Positions 42,720 to 53,750 of a stretch of 64,000 nucleotides of DNA are shown here, piece by piece. The translations under genes and the position numbers were made by a program. Source of the stretch: an uncultured Spirochaetota bacterium (GTDB taxonomy: Bacteria > Spirochaetota > Brevinematia > Brevinematales > JAOACQ01); NCBI GenBank assembly GCA_963783575.1, contig CAWAOD010000009.1:160001-224000 (forward strand), written 5' to 3'. Below the pieces are notes generated by a model. That model was not told the origin of the DNA and made no database searches. It saw only the letters and a list, made by a program, of their open reading frames with translations. Every line of letters begins with the position of its first letter. Position 1 is the first letter of the stretch.

Positions 42720-43328
42720 ATGAGTAAAGGGACAAGAAGTTTATTGATTGTAGTTGGTGTTATTGTTGTGCTTGTATTAATGATTTACGGATATATATCA
42801 GGTACTTACAACAGCCTGGTCAGGCTTGAAGAAGGTGTTAAAGCCTCATGGTCTCAGGTTCAGAACGTTTACCAGCGGAGGGCCGATTTAATCCCCAATC
42901 TGGTGGAGACGGTAAAAGGATATGCAAGCCATGAAAAAAGCACGCTTCAAGCTGTTGTTGATGCTCGAAGCCGCGTCGGATCAATAAATGTTGACCAGAA
43001 TGTAATTAATAATACAGAGGCTTTAAAAAAGTTTCAATCAATGCAGGGCGAATTGTCAGGCGCATTATCAAGGCTGCTTGTAGTAACAGAGAATTATCCC
43101 CAGTTAAAGGCAAATGAAAACTTTCTGGCTCTCCAGTCTCAGCTTGAAGGAACCGAAAACAGGATCGCTGTGGAAAGAATGCGTTATAATGAGGCTGCAA
43201 GGGAATTCAACACAAAACGCAGATTGTTCCCGGCCAGTATTATTGCCAATATGTCCGGTTTTCAGGAAAAGGCATATTTTGAAGCGGAGGAAGGCGCAGA
43301 AAAGGCGCCGAAGGTTAAATTCAATTAA
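42720..43328 (+). CDS. lemA: LemA family protein
   Basis: WSQVQNVYQRRADLIPNLV, ENYPQLKANENF and LEGTENRIAVER motifs. Confidence 0.96.
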   Translation: MSKGTRSLLIVVGVIVVLVLMIYGYISGTYNSLVRLEEGVKASWSQVQNVYQRRADLIPNLVETVKGYASHEKSTLQAVVDARSRVGSINVDQNVINNTEALKKFQSMQGELSGALSRLLVVTENYPQLKANENFLALQSQLEGTENRIAVERMRYNEAAREFNTKRRLFPASIIANMSGFQEKAYFEAEEGAEKAPKVKFN

Positions 43329-43420
43329 TTTCTTTGAATTCCATTCATAATGAGCAGATCATTTAATAATGGCCTGCTCAAGTTTTATCTCAGGATAATA
43401 ATTAAGGATGTTTTAAAATA

Positions 43421-44290
43421 ATGAATAAAATTAAATTGTTTATACAATCACAGATATTAATAATAATTATGGCTGTTATTAATATATCTTTATTACCTTT
43501 AATTTCTTACGGCTTAAAAGTCCCCGATAGTCCCGAAGCAAGGGTCAGCGATTGGGCCGGAATTATGTCGGAAGACGCGAAGAGCCGACTGGAAGAAATA
43601 CTTGGAGATTTTGAAGAAAAAACCGGGAATCAGATTGCGGTCGCTACTTTTACTACTCTGGAAGGCGACAGCCTTGAAGACTTTTCAATACGGCTTGCGG
43701 AAAAATGGAAAATCGGGCAGAAAGGAAAGGATAGCGGCATTATTCTTCTGATTATTAAGGATGACAGGCTAGTCCGGATTGAAGTTGGCTATGGGCTGGA
43801 AGGCGTTATACCGGATGCGGTTGCATCGCAAATAATACGCGGGGTAATTGTGCCAAGTTTTCAAAAGGGGGATTTTGACGGCGGAATAACCCTGGCGGTT
43901 CAAACCATGATCAGGATTATTTCCGGAGAAAATAGTGCAATCCCCGAAGAAAATAAAATAAGAAGCGGCAGCATGGCTTATTTGCTGAACATCCGGGCAA
44001 TCAAAACGACTATAATTGTCATTTTTATCCTGATCGTGCTTTTATTCATTATTGACATATTCCGCTACGGGGGATATGTTTCCGAAAACAGGAACTACGG
44101 TCACCGTTATGGTTTCATTGAATGGATGATATATTTCGGAATTTTACTGGCTATAATGAAATTAATATTGCAGATGATATTTTTTTCACGCGGGTTTGGA
44201 GGAGGCAGGGGCGGATTCGGCAGTTCAGGCGGCGGTTTCAGCGGAGGCGGCGGGAATTTCGGCGGAGGAGGTGCAAGTGGAAGCTGGTAA
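43421..44290 (+). CDS. TPM domain membrane protein with Gly-rich tail
   Basis: WKIGQKGKDSG, RIEVGYGLEG and FSGGGGNFGGGGASGSW motifs. Confidence 0.93.
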   Translation: MNKIKLFIQSQILIIIMAVINISLLPLISYGLKVPDSPEARVSDWAGIMSEDAKSRLEEILGDFEEKTGNQIAVATFTTLEGDSLEDFSIRLAEKWKIGQKGKDSGIILLIIKDDRLVRIEVGYGLEGVIPDAVASQIIRGVIVPSFQKGDFDGGITLAVQTMIRIISGENSAIPEENKIRSGSMAYLLNIRAIKTTIIVIFILIVLLFIIDIFRYGGYVSENRNYGHRYGFIEWMIYFGILLAIMKLILQMIFFSRGFGGGRGGFGSSGGGFSGGGGNFGGGGASGSW

Positions 44291-44771
44291 AGTTAAAGAA
44301 AAACAAAAAAAGATAAAAAAGTTTTCTGCAAACAGGTCACTTAACCCGGCTTTTTTTCTGTCCAAAAGGGAAAAAGTCGAAATTAAAAACGCCATCATCC
44401 AGGCTGAAAATGAAACATCAGGCGAAATCCGCGTCCAAATTGCAAAAAAAGTTCAACACGATATTATGCAAGAGGCTAAAAGAGTATTTGAAAAAATCGG
44501 TATGATAGAGACAAAAGAGAGAAACGGAATCTTAATTTACTTTGCCGTAAAAGACCGCAAATTCGCCATCCTCGGCGACAAAGGCATCCATGAAAAGATG
44601 GGTGATGCCGCCTGGAACACAATCGCATCGGCAATGCAGGAGTATTTCAAGAATAACGATTTTGCAGGCGGCCTCTCTTTTGGAATAGGCCGGATCGGCG
44701 AAGCTTTAAAGACCCATTTCCCCCATCAAAAGGATGATATTAACGAACTTCCCGATGATATATCATATTAA
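44277..44771 (+). CDS. TPM domain protein
   Basis: AENETSGEIRV, RNGILIY, GDKGIH and DINELPD motifs; start uncertain (GTG after GGAGG). Confidence 0.88.
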   Translation: MEAGKVKEKQKKIKKFSANRSLNPAFFLSKREKVEIKNAIIQAENETSGEIRVQIAKKVQHDIMQEAKRVFEKIGMIETKERNGILIYFAVKDRKFAILGDKGIHEKMGDAAWNTIASAMQEYFKNNDFAGGLSFGIGRIGEALKTHFPHQKDDINELPDDISY

Positions 44772-45065
44772 TATTACCCTAAATGCTTATTTATATAACC
44801 GCCTTCGATAAAGTAAGAGTTTTTGCATATTTGACTATCTAACAAATCATCGCACAGGACATCAATTTGTGCACTTTGACAATATAAATCATATTTATAA
44901 TTGATTATTTTTATCCGATTCATTACAATTTTTTATTATTTATAATTTTTTATGTATGAAAAGAGCCTACCATGGACTTATAGAAATATCAATCCAAAAG
45001 GTTTGTTTATTTGTAAAAAACTGAGTAAATAATTAATTTTATTATTCATATAAGAGAGTATAATT

Positions 45066-46688
45066 ATGAGAAAAAACCATTTAATTGCAGTCATTTTTGT
45101 TCTTATTTCCCTCAATTTATATTCCCAGAATACTAATACTCAGTCTGATGAAAAACCCGGGAAGCTGAGAGCCCTTTTCTATCCGCTTGAAAATATAACA
45201 GACACTAATAAATATGTTAATTCTGATATTGTTAAATTAATTATTTATAAATCCTTATATAATTTTATCCTGGTTTTGCCATCTATTGAATTAGTCGAGG
45301 ATAAATACAAGATGAAAGTACCTGAATTATCTAATTTGAAAGAGTCTTCAAAGGAGCTTAACCCGGATATTGTTCTCTTCGGAAACATAGAATTATTCGG
45401 AGACCGGCTGAATCCGGATGTTAGGGTTAAGCTTTCCACCTGGTTTAAAGATGAAGATAAGATAGTTTTTCAGAAGAAATATGAAGGAACAACCGGCATA
45501 GACATATTTGATACTATAGATGCCACAATCGTGGATTTTATGAAAACGGTGTTCAACCTTACTGTAAATCTGGCAAAAATACAATTCCATGATTTTGTTC
45601 TTGGGAATGAAACGCATGAAATCCGCCTGAATGGAAGGCCTATAGCCTCACCATCCGGCGATGATTTCTCCCTATCGATGAAAGTGCTTGCGGATACACC
45701 TTATGATATCACCATCACAAACCTGGTTGATAAAAAGGAAGTTTATCATAAGACAGTGAATTTGAAAAGGGATGAGACGGCCGATATAAGTTATAAAACC
45801 TATACAGGATTCATTCAATTCAGGGATTTTAAGACTGGTGGTGAAAAATACAGGTTGGATATAAATGGTATACCGGCGGGTATAATCACAAACGGATATT
45901 TTTCAAAATACAGGACGCATGAAAATAATTATAATCATATAAATATAATCCATATCCGCGATAATAAAAGTGTTCTTGAAGAGAATATCCGGCTTGAAGG
46001 CGGTGAAACAAGGATTATATCATATTCGGCTTACGGCTCTGTCAGGATTCACACTGGAAAATATCAATCCCCCAACCGGCGGATAAGCTATATGCTGGAC
46101 GATACACCAGTGGAAGGAAACTCCATTTTGACAAATATGAGTGCGGGTGTAAAACATACGTTCCTGACCCTTGAAAACGGTGTACCGGTCAAAAAAGAAA
46201 TATTCTATCTTAAAGATGGAGAATTAAAAGAATTTTCCCCGGGAGAAAGTTTCTTTTCTTTCGGAATAAGAATCTACACCCTGGATGAATGCATGCTGGG
46301 CCTCGGATTGGATGGGAATTTAGGCGGTTTCAGGCTATCCGGGGGCTGGGGCGAGTCTTATTATTCCTACCCCGACTTTAATCATAACCGGTTGATTTTC
46401 AACAGTCTTTATCTTGAGCTTTCCTATAAAATATTTGAAATACCTTTATTTTCAAGGCCCTTGAAGATTTATCTGGGCGGCGATTACAGGTATTATTTTT
46501 TAACCCCCATCGACGATTATAACAGTTCACCATACTCTTTACCGATGGACGGTTCTTCATATACTTCCTATGGTATAACAATAACACCGGAAAATGGATT
46601 CCTGTTTATAAAAACAGGAGTATATTTCAACCAAATCGGAGACTCTGGTAATTTTACCTTTGTAATTTCTCCCGGAATTAAATTTTAG
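45066..46688 (+). CDS. Exported hypothetical protein with beta-sandwich repeats and barrel-like C-terminus
   Basis: Signal peptide; repeated IQF.DF..G.E..I.(L/I)NG units; terminal ISPGIKF. Confidence 0.6.
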   Translation: MRKNHLIAVIFVLISLNLYSQNTNTQSDEKPGKLRALFYPLENITDTNKYVNSDIVKLIIYKSLYNFILVLPSIELVEDKYKMKVPELSNLKESSKELNPDIVLFGNIELFGDRLNPDVRVKLSTWFKDEDKIVFQKKYEGTTGIDIFDTIDATIVDFMKTVFNLTVNLAKIQFHDFVLGNETHEIRLNGRPIASPSGDDFSLSMKVLADTPYDITITNLVDKKEVYHKTVNLKRDETADISYKTYTGFIQFRDFKTGGEKYRLDINGIPAGIITNGYFSKYRTHENNYNHINIIHIRDNKSVLEENIRLEGGETRIISYSAYGSVRIHTGKYQSPNRRISYMLDDTPVEGNSILTNMSAGVKHTFLTLENGVPVKKEIFYLKDGELKEFSPGESFFSFGIRIYTLDECMLGLGLDGNLGGFRLSGGWGESYYSYPDFNHNRLIFNSLYLELSYKIFEIPLFSRPLKIYLGGDYRYYFLTPIDDYNSSPYSLPMDGSSYTSYGITITPENGFLFIKTGVYFNQIGDSGNFTFVISPGIKF

Positions 46689-46697
46689 AGGCAATTT

Positions 46698-48173
46698 ATG
46701 AAAAAGATTGCTATTATTTTCTTATTCATCATACCCGTTTTATCGGCCTGCCAGCTTTATCCCGGGAGGTATAAAACCGAGATAGTGGATAAAATGAATA
46801 CAAGCAGCTCGGGAAGTACTAATACCTACACTTTAACCTACGATTCTGGCGGAGCAGCAAGCGGAAACGTTCCGACCGACGGCAACCTCTACCACCAGGG
46901 AGCGGCAGTATCCATTCAAGGCAACACCGGCGGGCTGATTGACCCCGGCTATGCTTTTGCCGGGTGGACCACCAGTATTACCGGGCCAGGGTCAAGCTAT
47001 TCCAGCGGGGCAACTTTATCGATGGGATCGTCTAATATAACACTTTATGCTGTCTGGATAACCAATAGCCTCAAGTTTAACAGTTCGGAAACTAATATAA
47101 CGATAACGGGAACTAACTCATCTCCAGGCGGAATACTTATTATACCATGCGGTGTTACAACTATCGGCGGAAGCGCATTTTATTGCTGTATTAGTTTTAC
47201 AAGCGTCACCATTCCTGCAAGCGTAATTAGCGTTGGTATCAATGCATTTCAAACATGTGAAAGCCTTATAAGTATTAACGTCGATTCTGCCAATTCTTTT
47301 TATGAATCCATCTCAGGAATATTATTCAATAAGAATGGGACTACCCTTGTAGAGATGGCGGATGGTATGAATGGAAGTTATATTATTCCCTCCGGTGTCA
47401 TCAGTATCAGCGGCAGCGCATTTCAAAACTGCAGTCTTACCAGTATAACAATCCCTTCCGGCGTCACTAACTTAGGCGCAGGGGGCGATCCATTTATGTA
47501 CTGTAATAATCTAATAAGTATTAACGTCGATACAGCAAATACCTCTTATAAATCCATCTCGGGAATATTGTTCGGTAAAGACGGGACTACTCTGGTGGCA
47601 GTGCCAGGAAGTATGACAGATAGTTATATTATTCCATCCGGTGTTTTAAGCATCAATGGCGGCGCATTTGATGGCTGCGGCATTGTCAGTGTAAATATCC
47701 CTTCCAGTGTTACAAATATAGGAAACAATGGTGTTTACGGAGACCCATTTAACTGCCGCAACCTTCTCAGTATTAACGTTGATTCTGCCAATACTTTTTA
47801 TGAATCCATTAACGGAGTATTATTCAATAAAAGCGGGACTGTATTAATATCTGTACCAGGCAGTATGACTGGTAGTTATATAATTCCCTCCGGTGTTTTA
47901 AGTATAAACGGCGGCTCATTTCAATGGGGTTTCCTTACCAGTGTAATTATCCCTTCCAGCGTTACAAATATCGGTGATGGAGCATTTTATTCTTGTACAA
48001 GTCTTACCAGCTTAACAGTTCAGGCAACTATACCTCCAGCATTGCCTTCGGGATCACAGGTATTTGATAACTGTAACCCCGGTTTGCTGATTCACGTCCC
48101 CTCTGGTACTGTACTAACATATCAAACGGCAACCGGGTGGAGCGATTATGCATCATTAATAGTTTCACCTTAG
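46698..48173 (+). CDS. Lipoprotein with InlB-B/Flg_new repeat and BspA/TpLRR leucine-rich repeats
   Basis: Lipobox LSAC; GYAFAGW...ITLYAVW; repeated IPSGV..I...AF..C.L.SI.VDSAN..Y.SI.GILFNK. Confidence 0.9.
   Translation: MKKIAIIFLFIIPVLSACQLYPGRYKTEIVDKMNTSSSGSTNTYTLTYDSGGAASGNVPTDGNLYHQGAAVSIQGNTGGLIDPGYAFAGWTTSITGPGSSYSSGATLSMGSSNITLYAVWITNSLKFNSSETNITITGTNSSPGGILIIPCGVTTIGGSAFYCCISFTSVTIPASVISVGINAFQTCESLISINVDSANSFYESISGILFNKNGTTLVEMADGMNGSYIIPSGVISISGSAFQNCSLTSITIPSGVTNLGAGGDPFMYCNNLISINVDTANTSYKSISGILFGKDGTTLVAVPGSMTDSYIIPSGVLSINGGAFDGCGIVSVNIPSSVTNIGNNGVYGDPFNCRNLLSINVDSANTFYESINGVLFNKSGTVLISVPGSMTGSYIIPSGVLSINGGSFQWGFLTSVIIPSSVTNIGDGAFYSCTSLTSLTVQATIPPALPSGSQVFDNCNPGLLIHVPSGTVLTYQTATGWSDYASLIVSP
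47140..48010 (+). repeat. Coding tandem repeats (about three long LRR units)
   Basis: AGTATTAACGT(C/T)GAT(T/A)C(T/A)GC(C/A)AAT recurs near 47271, 47517 and 47769. Confidence 0.8.
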
Positions 48174-48321
48174 TAGTATTATAGGAGGTCAAATAATACC
48201 AAAAACCGGCTTAAACTCATTGGCTAAAAAGTGACACCGGTGAAAAGCTTTTATTAATAATAAGAGAATTCCCCTAGTATCCAAAGCCAGGGCTAGGGGG
48301 ATCAAAGGGAACCCATGCAAA

Positions 48322-49239
48322 TCACATTATCTTAACACTCACTTCAACTGACATGCCCGGCAGCAAAACATATGGATCCGAAATCTTATCCAGCTCAATC
48401 TTTATGGGAACCCTCTGCGTGGTTTTAGTAAACTCGCCGATCGTAAAAGCCGGTGCTACAATACCCGCGCCTATCCGTACAACATGGCCTTTAAACAGGT
48501 GGTTCGGATATGCGTCAACATTTATGTCAACAGGTGCGTTAATTTTTATATGCCTAACTTTTGTTTCCTCGAAGTTGGCCACAATCCAGATACTATTCAA
48601 ATCATTTACGGAAAAAATAGCCTGACCCGGCTGGACAACATCGCCGGGCATTACGGATTTTTTTGCTATCACGCCCGAAATCGGAGCGGTTATTCTTGTA
48701 TTAAGAAGCTGGGTCTCAATCACTCCCAATTGCGCTTTTGCCGTATCAATCTGCGCTTGAGCTATAGAATATTGAGCTTTTGCCGTGTCCAGGGCTTTCT
48801 CTGCATGAGTGAACTGCTCTTTTGTCGATGCCCCTGAACCGAACAGCGTCCTTGTACGGTCATAATCATCCTGGGTTTTTTCAAGATTAACTTTTGCCAG
48901 GATCAGATTCTGATTAGCATAATTCAGTGAAGATGCAGATTGCGCTTCCTGAGAGCGGAGATCGGAATCATCAAGCTGGACAAGCAATTGTCCTGTTTCA
49001 ACTTTATCCCCTTCATCAGCCTGAAGGCTTTTTACCCTTCCAAGCATTTTAGCGCTTATAGTTACATGGTTGCCGTCAATCGCAGCATCATCCGTGCTTA
49101 CAAAATTTATAAAATTTATAAACCAGGCATAGCCAAACCATAAACCTGCCGCCGAAAGGACTATAAGGATAACCGCGCCTATTAAAACCGGCCTTTTCCT
49201 TTCTTTCGACTGTTTCTTCGGTTGTTCTTTAGAATCCAT
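48322..49239 (-). CDS. HlyD/EmrA family membrane fusion protein
   Basis: VSTDDA, ITAPISG, ANFEET and QRVPIKI...LLPGMSV motifs. Confidence 0.92.
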   Translation of the reverse strand: MDSKEQPKKQSKERKRPVLIGAVILIVLSAAGLWFGYAWFINFINFVSTDDAAIDGNHVTISAKMLGRVKSLQADEGDKVETGQLLVQLDDSDLRSQEAQSASSLNYANQNLILAKVNLEKTQDDYDRTRTLFGSGASTKEQFTHAEKALDTAKAQYSIAQAQIDTAKAQLGVIETQLLNTRITAPISGVIAKKSVMPGDVVQPGQAIFSVNDLNSIWIVANFEETKVRHIKINAPVDINVDAYPNHLFKGHVVRIGAGIVAPAFTIGEFTKTTQRVPIKIELDKISDPYVLLPGMSVEVSVKIM

Positions 49240-49301
49240 ATAATTTACTCCCTTTATATTATTTTCTTTTTTCGTAAAATTAAAAACGGGCTTCACTTGC
49301 T

Positions 49302-51228
49302 CTACGCAGCCTCGTCCGTATAAGCGCCGGTAAACTGGCTGTTGTAAAGGTCTGCGTAAAAACCCCCGGCTCTCAATAATTCACTGTGATTACCCATTTC
49401 AATAATGCTTCCATTATTCATCACAAGGATTGTCTCCGCGTCGCGTATTGTTGAAAGCCTGTGAGCTATAACAAAGCTTGTCCTTCCCTTCATCAATTCC
49501 TTCATAGCCTTCTGAATGTAAACTTCAGTTCTTGTATCAACGCTGCTTGTCGCCTCGTCAAGAATCAATATCGCCGGATCTGCAAGTATAGCCCTTGCTA
49601 TTGTCAGCAGCTGTTTCTCGCCCTGGGAGATGTTAGAAGCTTCTTCATTCAGGATTGTGTTGTAACCTTCAGGCAAAGCTCTGATAAAATGGTCCGCGTG
49701 AGCAGCTTTTGCGGCCTGAATAATTTCTTCCTCCGATGCGCCTTCGCGGCCATACGCGATATTTTCCCTGATAGTTCCGTTAAAAAGCCAGGTGTCCTGC
49801 AGAACCATACCGAACATTGTCCTTAAATCCCCGCGTTTCAATTCACGAATATCAACGCCGTCTACTTTAATCATCCCGCCGTTAATCTCGTAAAAACGCA
49901 TCAGGAGGTTGACAAGCGTGGTTTTACCCGCGCCAGTCGGCCCAACAATAGCGATTGTCTGCCCCTGCTTGACGTCGATATTCATATCCTCCATCAGGAC
50001 AGACCCTTCCTTATAACCAAATTTTACATTCTGGAATTGAACCTCGCCTTTTGGAGATGTAATAATAAAAGCATCATCTTTTTCGGGGATTTCCTCGGTT
50101 TCATCAAGGATTTCAAAAACACGTTCCGCCGAAGCTATTGTCGATTGAAGGACATTTGCGATATTCGCGGTCTGGGCAATCGGCTGCATAAACTGTCTTG
50201 AGTACTGGATGAAAGCCTGGATATCACCGATTTTAATTATTTTTTTTGCCGTCAATATTCCGCCTACAACGCATACCAGGACATAACCTATATTATTGAC
50301 AAAGTTCATCATAGGAAAAATTATTCCGGAAACAAACTGCGCCTTCCATGCCGGCATGATAAAGCCTTCCGTTAATTTCATCAAATTCTTTGATGGACTT
50401 ATGTTCATGCCCGAATACCTTGACTATTTTGTGGCCGGTATACATCTCCTCGACGTGTCCGTTAAGGGCGCCGAGTTCCTTCTGTTGAGCCCCGAAGTAT
50501 TTCTGCGAAAGTTTCGCTATATTTGCCGTAATGATAAATGAAAGGGGTAATGTAACAAACGTAATCAAAGTCAGGAGCGGGCTGATCGTCAGCATCATAA
50601 CAAGCACGCCTATAATAGTACATACTGATGTAATAAGCTGAGTCAGGCTCTGCTGAAGAGTTGTGCTTATGTTGTCAATATCGTTTGTAACCCTGCTCAT
50701 AATCTCGCCATGAGTCCTGGAATCAAAAAACTTCAACGGAAGCCTTGACAATTTCGCGTTAACATCACGACGCATATCGAAAACAGTTTTCTGAGAGACG
50801 CCCGCCATCTGGTATTGCTGGATATATCCGAAAAGGGCGCTGATCAGATAAAGAATTATTAAAAGTATTATGATTTGTCCTATATAAGTGAAATCGATTG
50901 AAGGCATGGGTTTTTTCAAAAAGAAAGCGGCATATTTTGCCATAAGCCCGTCAAAAAGCTTTGTAGTCGCTTGTCCCAGTATTTTAGGGCCTATTATATT
51001 AAAAATTGTGCTAAGCACTGCAAACAAAACCACAAAACTCATCTGTACGGCATGCGGTTTTAAATAAACGATCAGCCTTTTCATTGTTCCGAAAAAATCT
51101 TTTGGCTTTTCCGCTGGCCCCCTGCCCATCATTCCGCCGAAACCGCCCGGGCCGCGTCCGCGACCTCCCATAATTCCCCGCTGCTGCTCTCCGGGTCTGG
51201 GACCTTGATCTTTTCTATCTTCACTCAT
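49302..51228 (-). CDS. Heterodimeric ABC exporter subunit (TMD+NBD), one-base frameshift near 50350
   Basis: TMD in 50293-51228; NBD GPTGAGKT, ISQGEKQ, LDEATS in 49302-50408; one extra base in CAT GCC GGC ATG GAA. Confidence 0.9.
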
Positions 51229-52955
51229 GCTATTTCCTCCTCAGAAAGCTGGGATGCCACAATTTCCCTGTAAACTTCGCAGGTTTTGTAAAGTTCCTTA
51301 TGAGTGCCGATCCCTGCTATCCTGCCTTCATCAAGGACGATTATCCTGTCCGAGTCCATGATTGTGGCGACTCTTTGCCCAACGATAATTACAGTCGAAT
51401 TAACGGTTTCTTTTCTCAGGGCAGCGCGGAGTTTAGCGTCGGTTTTAAAATCCAGCGCGGAAAAGCTGTCGTCAAAAACATAAATTTCCGGTTTTCTGAT
51501 AAGTGCTCTCGCTATTGATATACGCTGCTTCTGCCCGCCAGAGACATTCGTGCCTCCCTGAGAAATGATGGAATCGAACCCGTCTTTCATTTCAGAGATA
51601 AATTCGTCCGCCTGAGCTGTTCCGGCGGCCGTTTTTACTTCTTCATCGGAAGCGTCTTCATTTCCGTAACGGATGTTTTCCGCTATGGTTCCGGTAAAAA
51701 GAACGGCTTTTTGAGGTACAAAACCGATCTTTGCCCTCAGATCATCCTGCGACATATCGCGGACATCCACGCCGTCAATATATATATTTCCTTGATCTGT
51801 ATCGTAAAAACGAGGAATAAGGTTGATCAAAGTAGATTTACCAGAACCCGTGCTTCCGATAATCGCCGTTACTTCTCCGGGCAAAGCCGTGAATGAAATA
51901 CCGCAAACAGCCGGTTCTTCCGCACCATGATAGCTGAAAGACACATTTCTGAACTCTATGCATCCCCTGACATCGCTGTTTGGATTGAATGTGTTCACAG
52001 AGTCTTTAATTTCGGGTTCCGTATCGAGCACCTCGTTTATTCTCTGTGCTGAAGCCTGTGCGCGCGGAAGCATTATAAACATAATCGACGCCATAAGGAG
52101 TGAAAATAGAATCTGCATGGCGTACTGCAGGAATGCCATCATATTGCCTACATTTGAAGTTCCGCGGTCTATTCTGATGCTGCCGAACCATATTATACAT
52201 ACTGTTGTTACATTCATGACAAGCATCATCACCGGCATCAGTACAGCCATAATCCTGTTAACCTGAATTGATGTCTCCATAAGGTCAAGGTTTGCTTCAT
52301 GAAAACGTCTTTTCTCGTCTTCGATCCGGTTGAAAGCCCGGATTACCCTTATTCCGGTCAATCCCTCACGGAGTACAAGATTGATTTTGTCGATTTTTTT
52401 CTGGATCGACTGGAATAGCGGAAATCCCTTTAATGCCACAAAAAGTATTATGCCGGTAAGGACCGGTATAACAACAACAATTACCCAGGACAAACCCGCG
52501 TCTTTGGATACAGCCATAATTATGCCGCCTATGCATGTTATGGGAGCGCTGATCATCATTTGCATCATAATCATCAATACGTTCTGGATCTGGGTAACAT
52601 CGTTTGTGGTTCTTGTTATTAAAGAAGGCGTGCTTAGTTTATCGAATTCATGCAGGGAAAAACTCGAAACATGCGTAAATATTTTACCCCTGAGGATTTC
52701 ACCGAACCCCATGGAAGCATGAGCGGCAAGATATGCCGCCAGTACAGCGCAGATTGAACCGCCCAGGGCTACGGCGATCATTAATCCCCCCGTACCCATT
52801 ATGTAGCCTGTATCGCCGTTTGTAATCCCATTATTCACGATATCAGACATTAAAGTAGGAAGATACAGGTCGGACATTGACCTGAAAAATACCAGAACAA
52901 TGACTGCTGCCGTCGGGATTGTGTATGGCTTTAAAAACCTGAATAATTTTATCAT
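51225..52955 (-). CDS. Heterodimeric ABC exporter subunit (degenerate site)
   Basis: GSTGSGKS, VSGGQKQR and FDDSFSALD motifs. Confidence 0.95.
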   Translation of the reverse strand: MIKLFRFLKPYTIPTAAVIVLVFFRSMSDLYLPTLMSDIVNNGITNGDTGYIMGTGGLMIAVALGGSICAVLAAYLAAHASMGFGEILRGKIFTHVSSFSLHEFDKLSTPSLITRTTNDVTQIQNVLMIMMQMMISAPITCIGGIIMAVSKDAGLSWVIVVVIPVLTGIILFVALKGFPLFQSIQKKIDKINLVLREGLTGIRVIRAFNRIEDEKRRFHEANLDLMETSIQVNRIMAVLMPVMMLVMNVTTVCIIWFGSIRIDRGTSNVGNMMAFLQYAMQILFSLLMASIMFIMLPRAQASAQRINEVLDTEPEIKDSVNTFNPNSDVRGCIEFRNVSFSYHGAEEPAVCGISFTALPGEVTAIIGSTGSGKSTLINLIPRFYDTDQGNIYIDGVDVRDMSQDDLRAKIGFVPQKAVLFTGTIAENIRYGNEDASDEEVKTAAGTAQADEFISEMKDGFDSIISQGGTNVSGGQKQRISIARALIRKPEIYVFDDSFSALDFKTDAKLRAALRKETVNSTVIIVGQRVATIMDSDRIIVLDEGRIAGIGTHKELYKTCEVYREIVASQLSEEEIA

Positions 52956-53047
52956 AAAAAAATAATCTCCACTTATAAAGACGTTAACCCACTAAAAATA
53001 TTTCTTAGTTTTTTATAATTTGATTTATTAAGATTTGAATACACAGT

Positions 53048-53506
53048 TCAATTTACAGAATTTTTCAAAAGCTTTTTCAGGATATTCAAGCCGTTTGTGA
53101 CTGCAACAATCTCTTCCGGAGTGGCATTTTTAACTATGTTTTCTATATTTTTATCAAATATACTGTGAAAATCCTGGTGCATTTCCGCAAATTCCGGTGT
53201 TAAACTGACATAAACCACCCTTTTGTCATCATTGCTTCTAACCCTTTCGACTATTTGTTTTTTTTCAAGCCTGTCTATTATTCCCGAAACTGTGCTGTTA
53301 GTTAAATTAAGCTGATGGCTTAATTCATTTATTTTCATTTTACCGGACTTTCTTATATATCCTATCAAAAATCCCTGTGCCATAGTTATACCGCTTTTTT
53401 CAAATGCTTTAAAAGCCTTGTCCATATTATGCTTTAAAAGAGACAGAACTTCTTTAAAAAGACCCGCCGCCGCCAGGTTACTTTCGGAATTTTCCATTAC
53501 AGGCAT
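53048..53506 (-). CDS. MarR family regulator
   Basis: INELSHQLNLTNSTVSGIIDRLEKK...DKRVVYV. Confidence 0.95.
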   Translation of the reverse strand: MPVMENSESNLAAAGLFKEVLSLLKHNMDKAFKAFEKSGITMAQGFLIGYIRKSGKMKINELSHQLNLTNSTVSGIIDRLEKKQIVERVRSNDDKRVVYVSLTPEFAEMHQDFHSIFDKNIENIVKNATPEEIVAVTNGLNILKKLLKNSVN

Positions 53507-53530
53507 TTACCTCTTAATTGCGATATTTTT

Positions 53531-53565
53531 TACGCGAATATTTCGTACACAATTATTTCGTGTAC
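53531..53565. promoter_or_regulatory. Putative MarR operator palindromes
   Basis: GTACACAATTATTTCGTGTAC (53545-53565) and overlapping CGAATATTTCG upstream of marR. Confidence 0.6.
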
Positions 53566-53750
53566 TAATTAATTATAATAAATTTACCTCAAAGTGTCAA
53601 GAATTTTGCATAAACATTACAAGCCCAGATTTAACGCATTTTATACTTCCTAACTTTTTTAGTTTTAACTCGTTTAATGAATTAGACAATTTTTACTTCT
53701 ACTTTTATAATAAGCATTATTATACTTAGATTTTATATAAGGAGACTGGA

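Noticed and set aside
47140..48010. Repeats as CRISPR or DGR template/variable repeats
   Set aside because: In-frame LRR coding repeats, with no unique spacers and no adenine-specific variation evident
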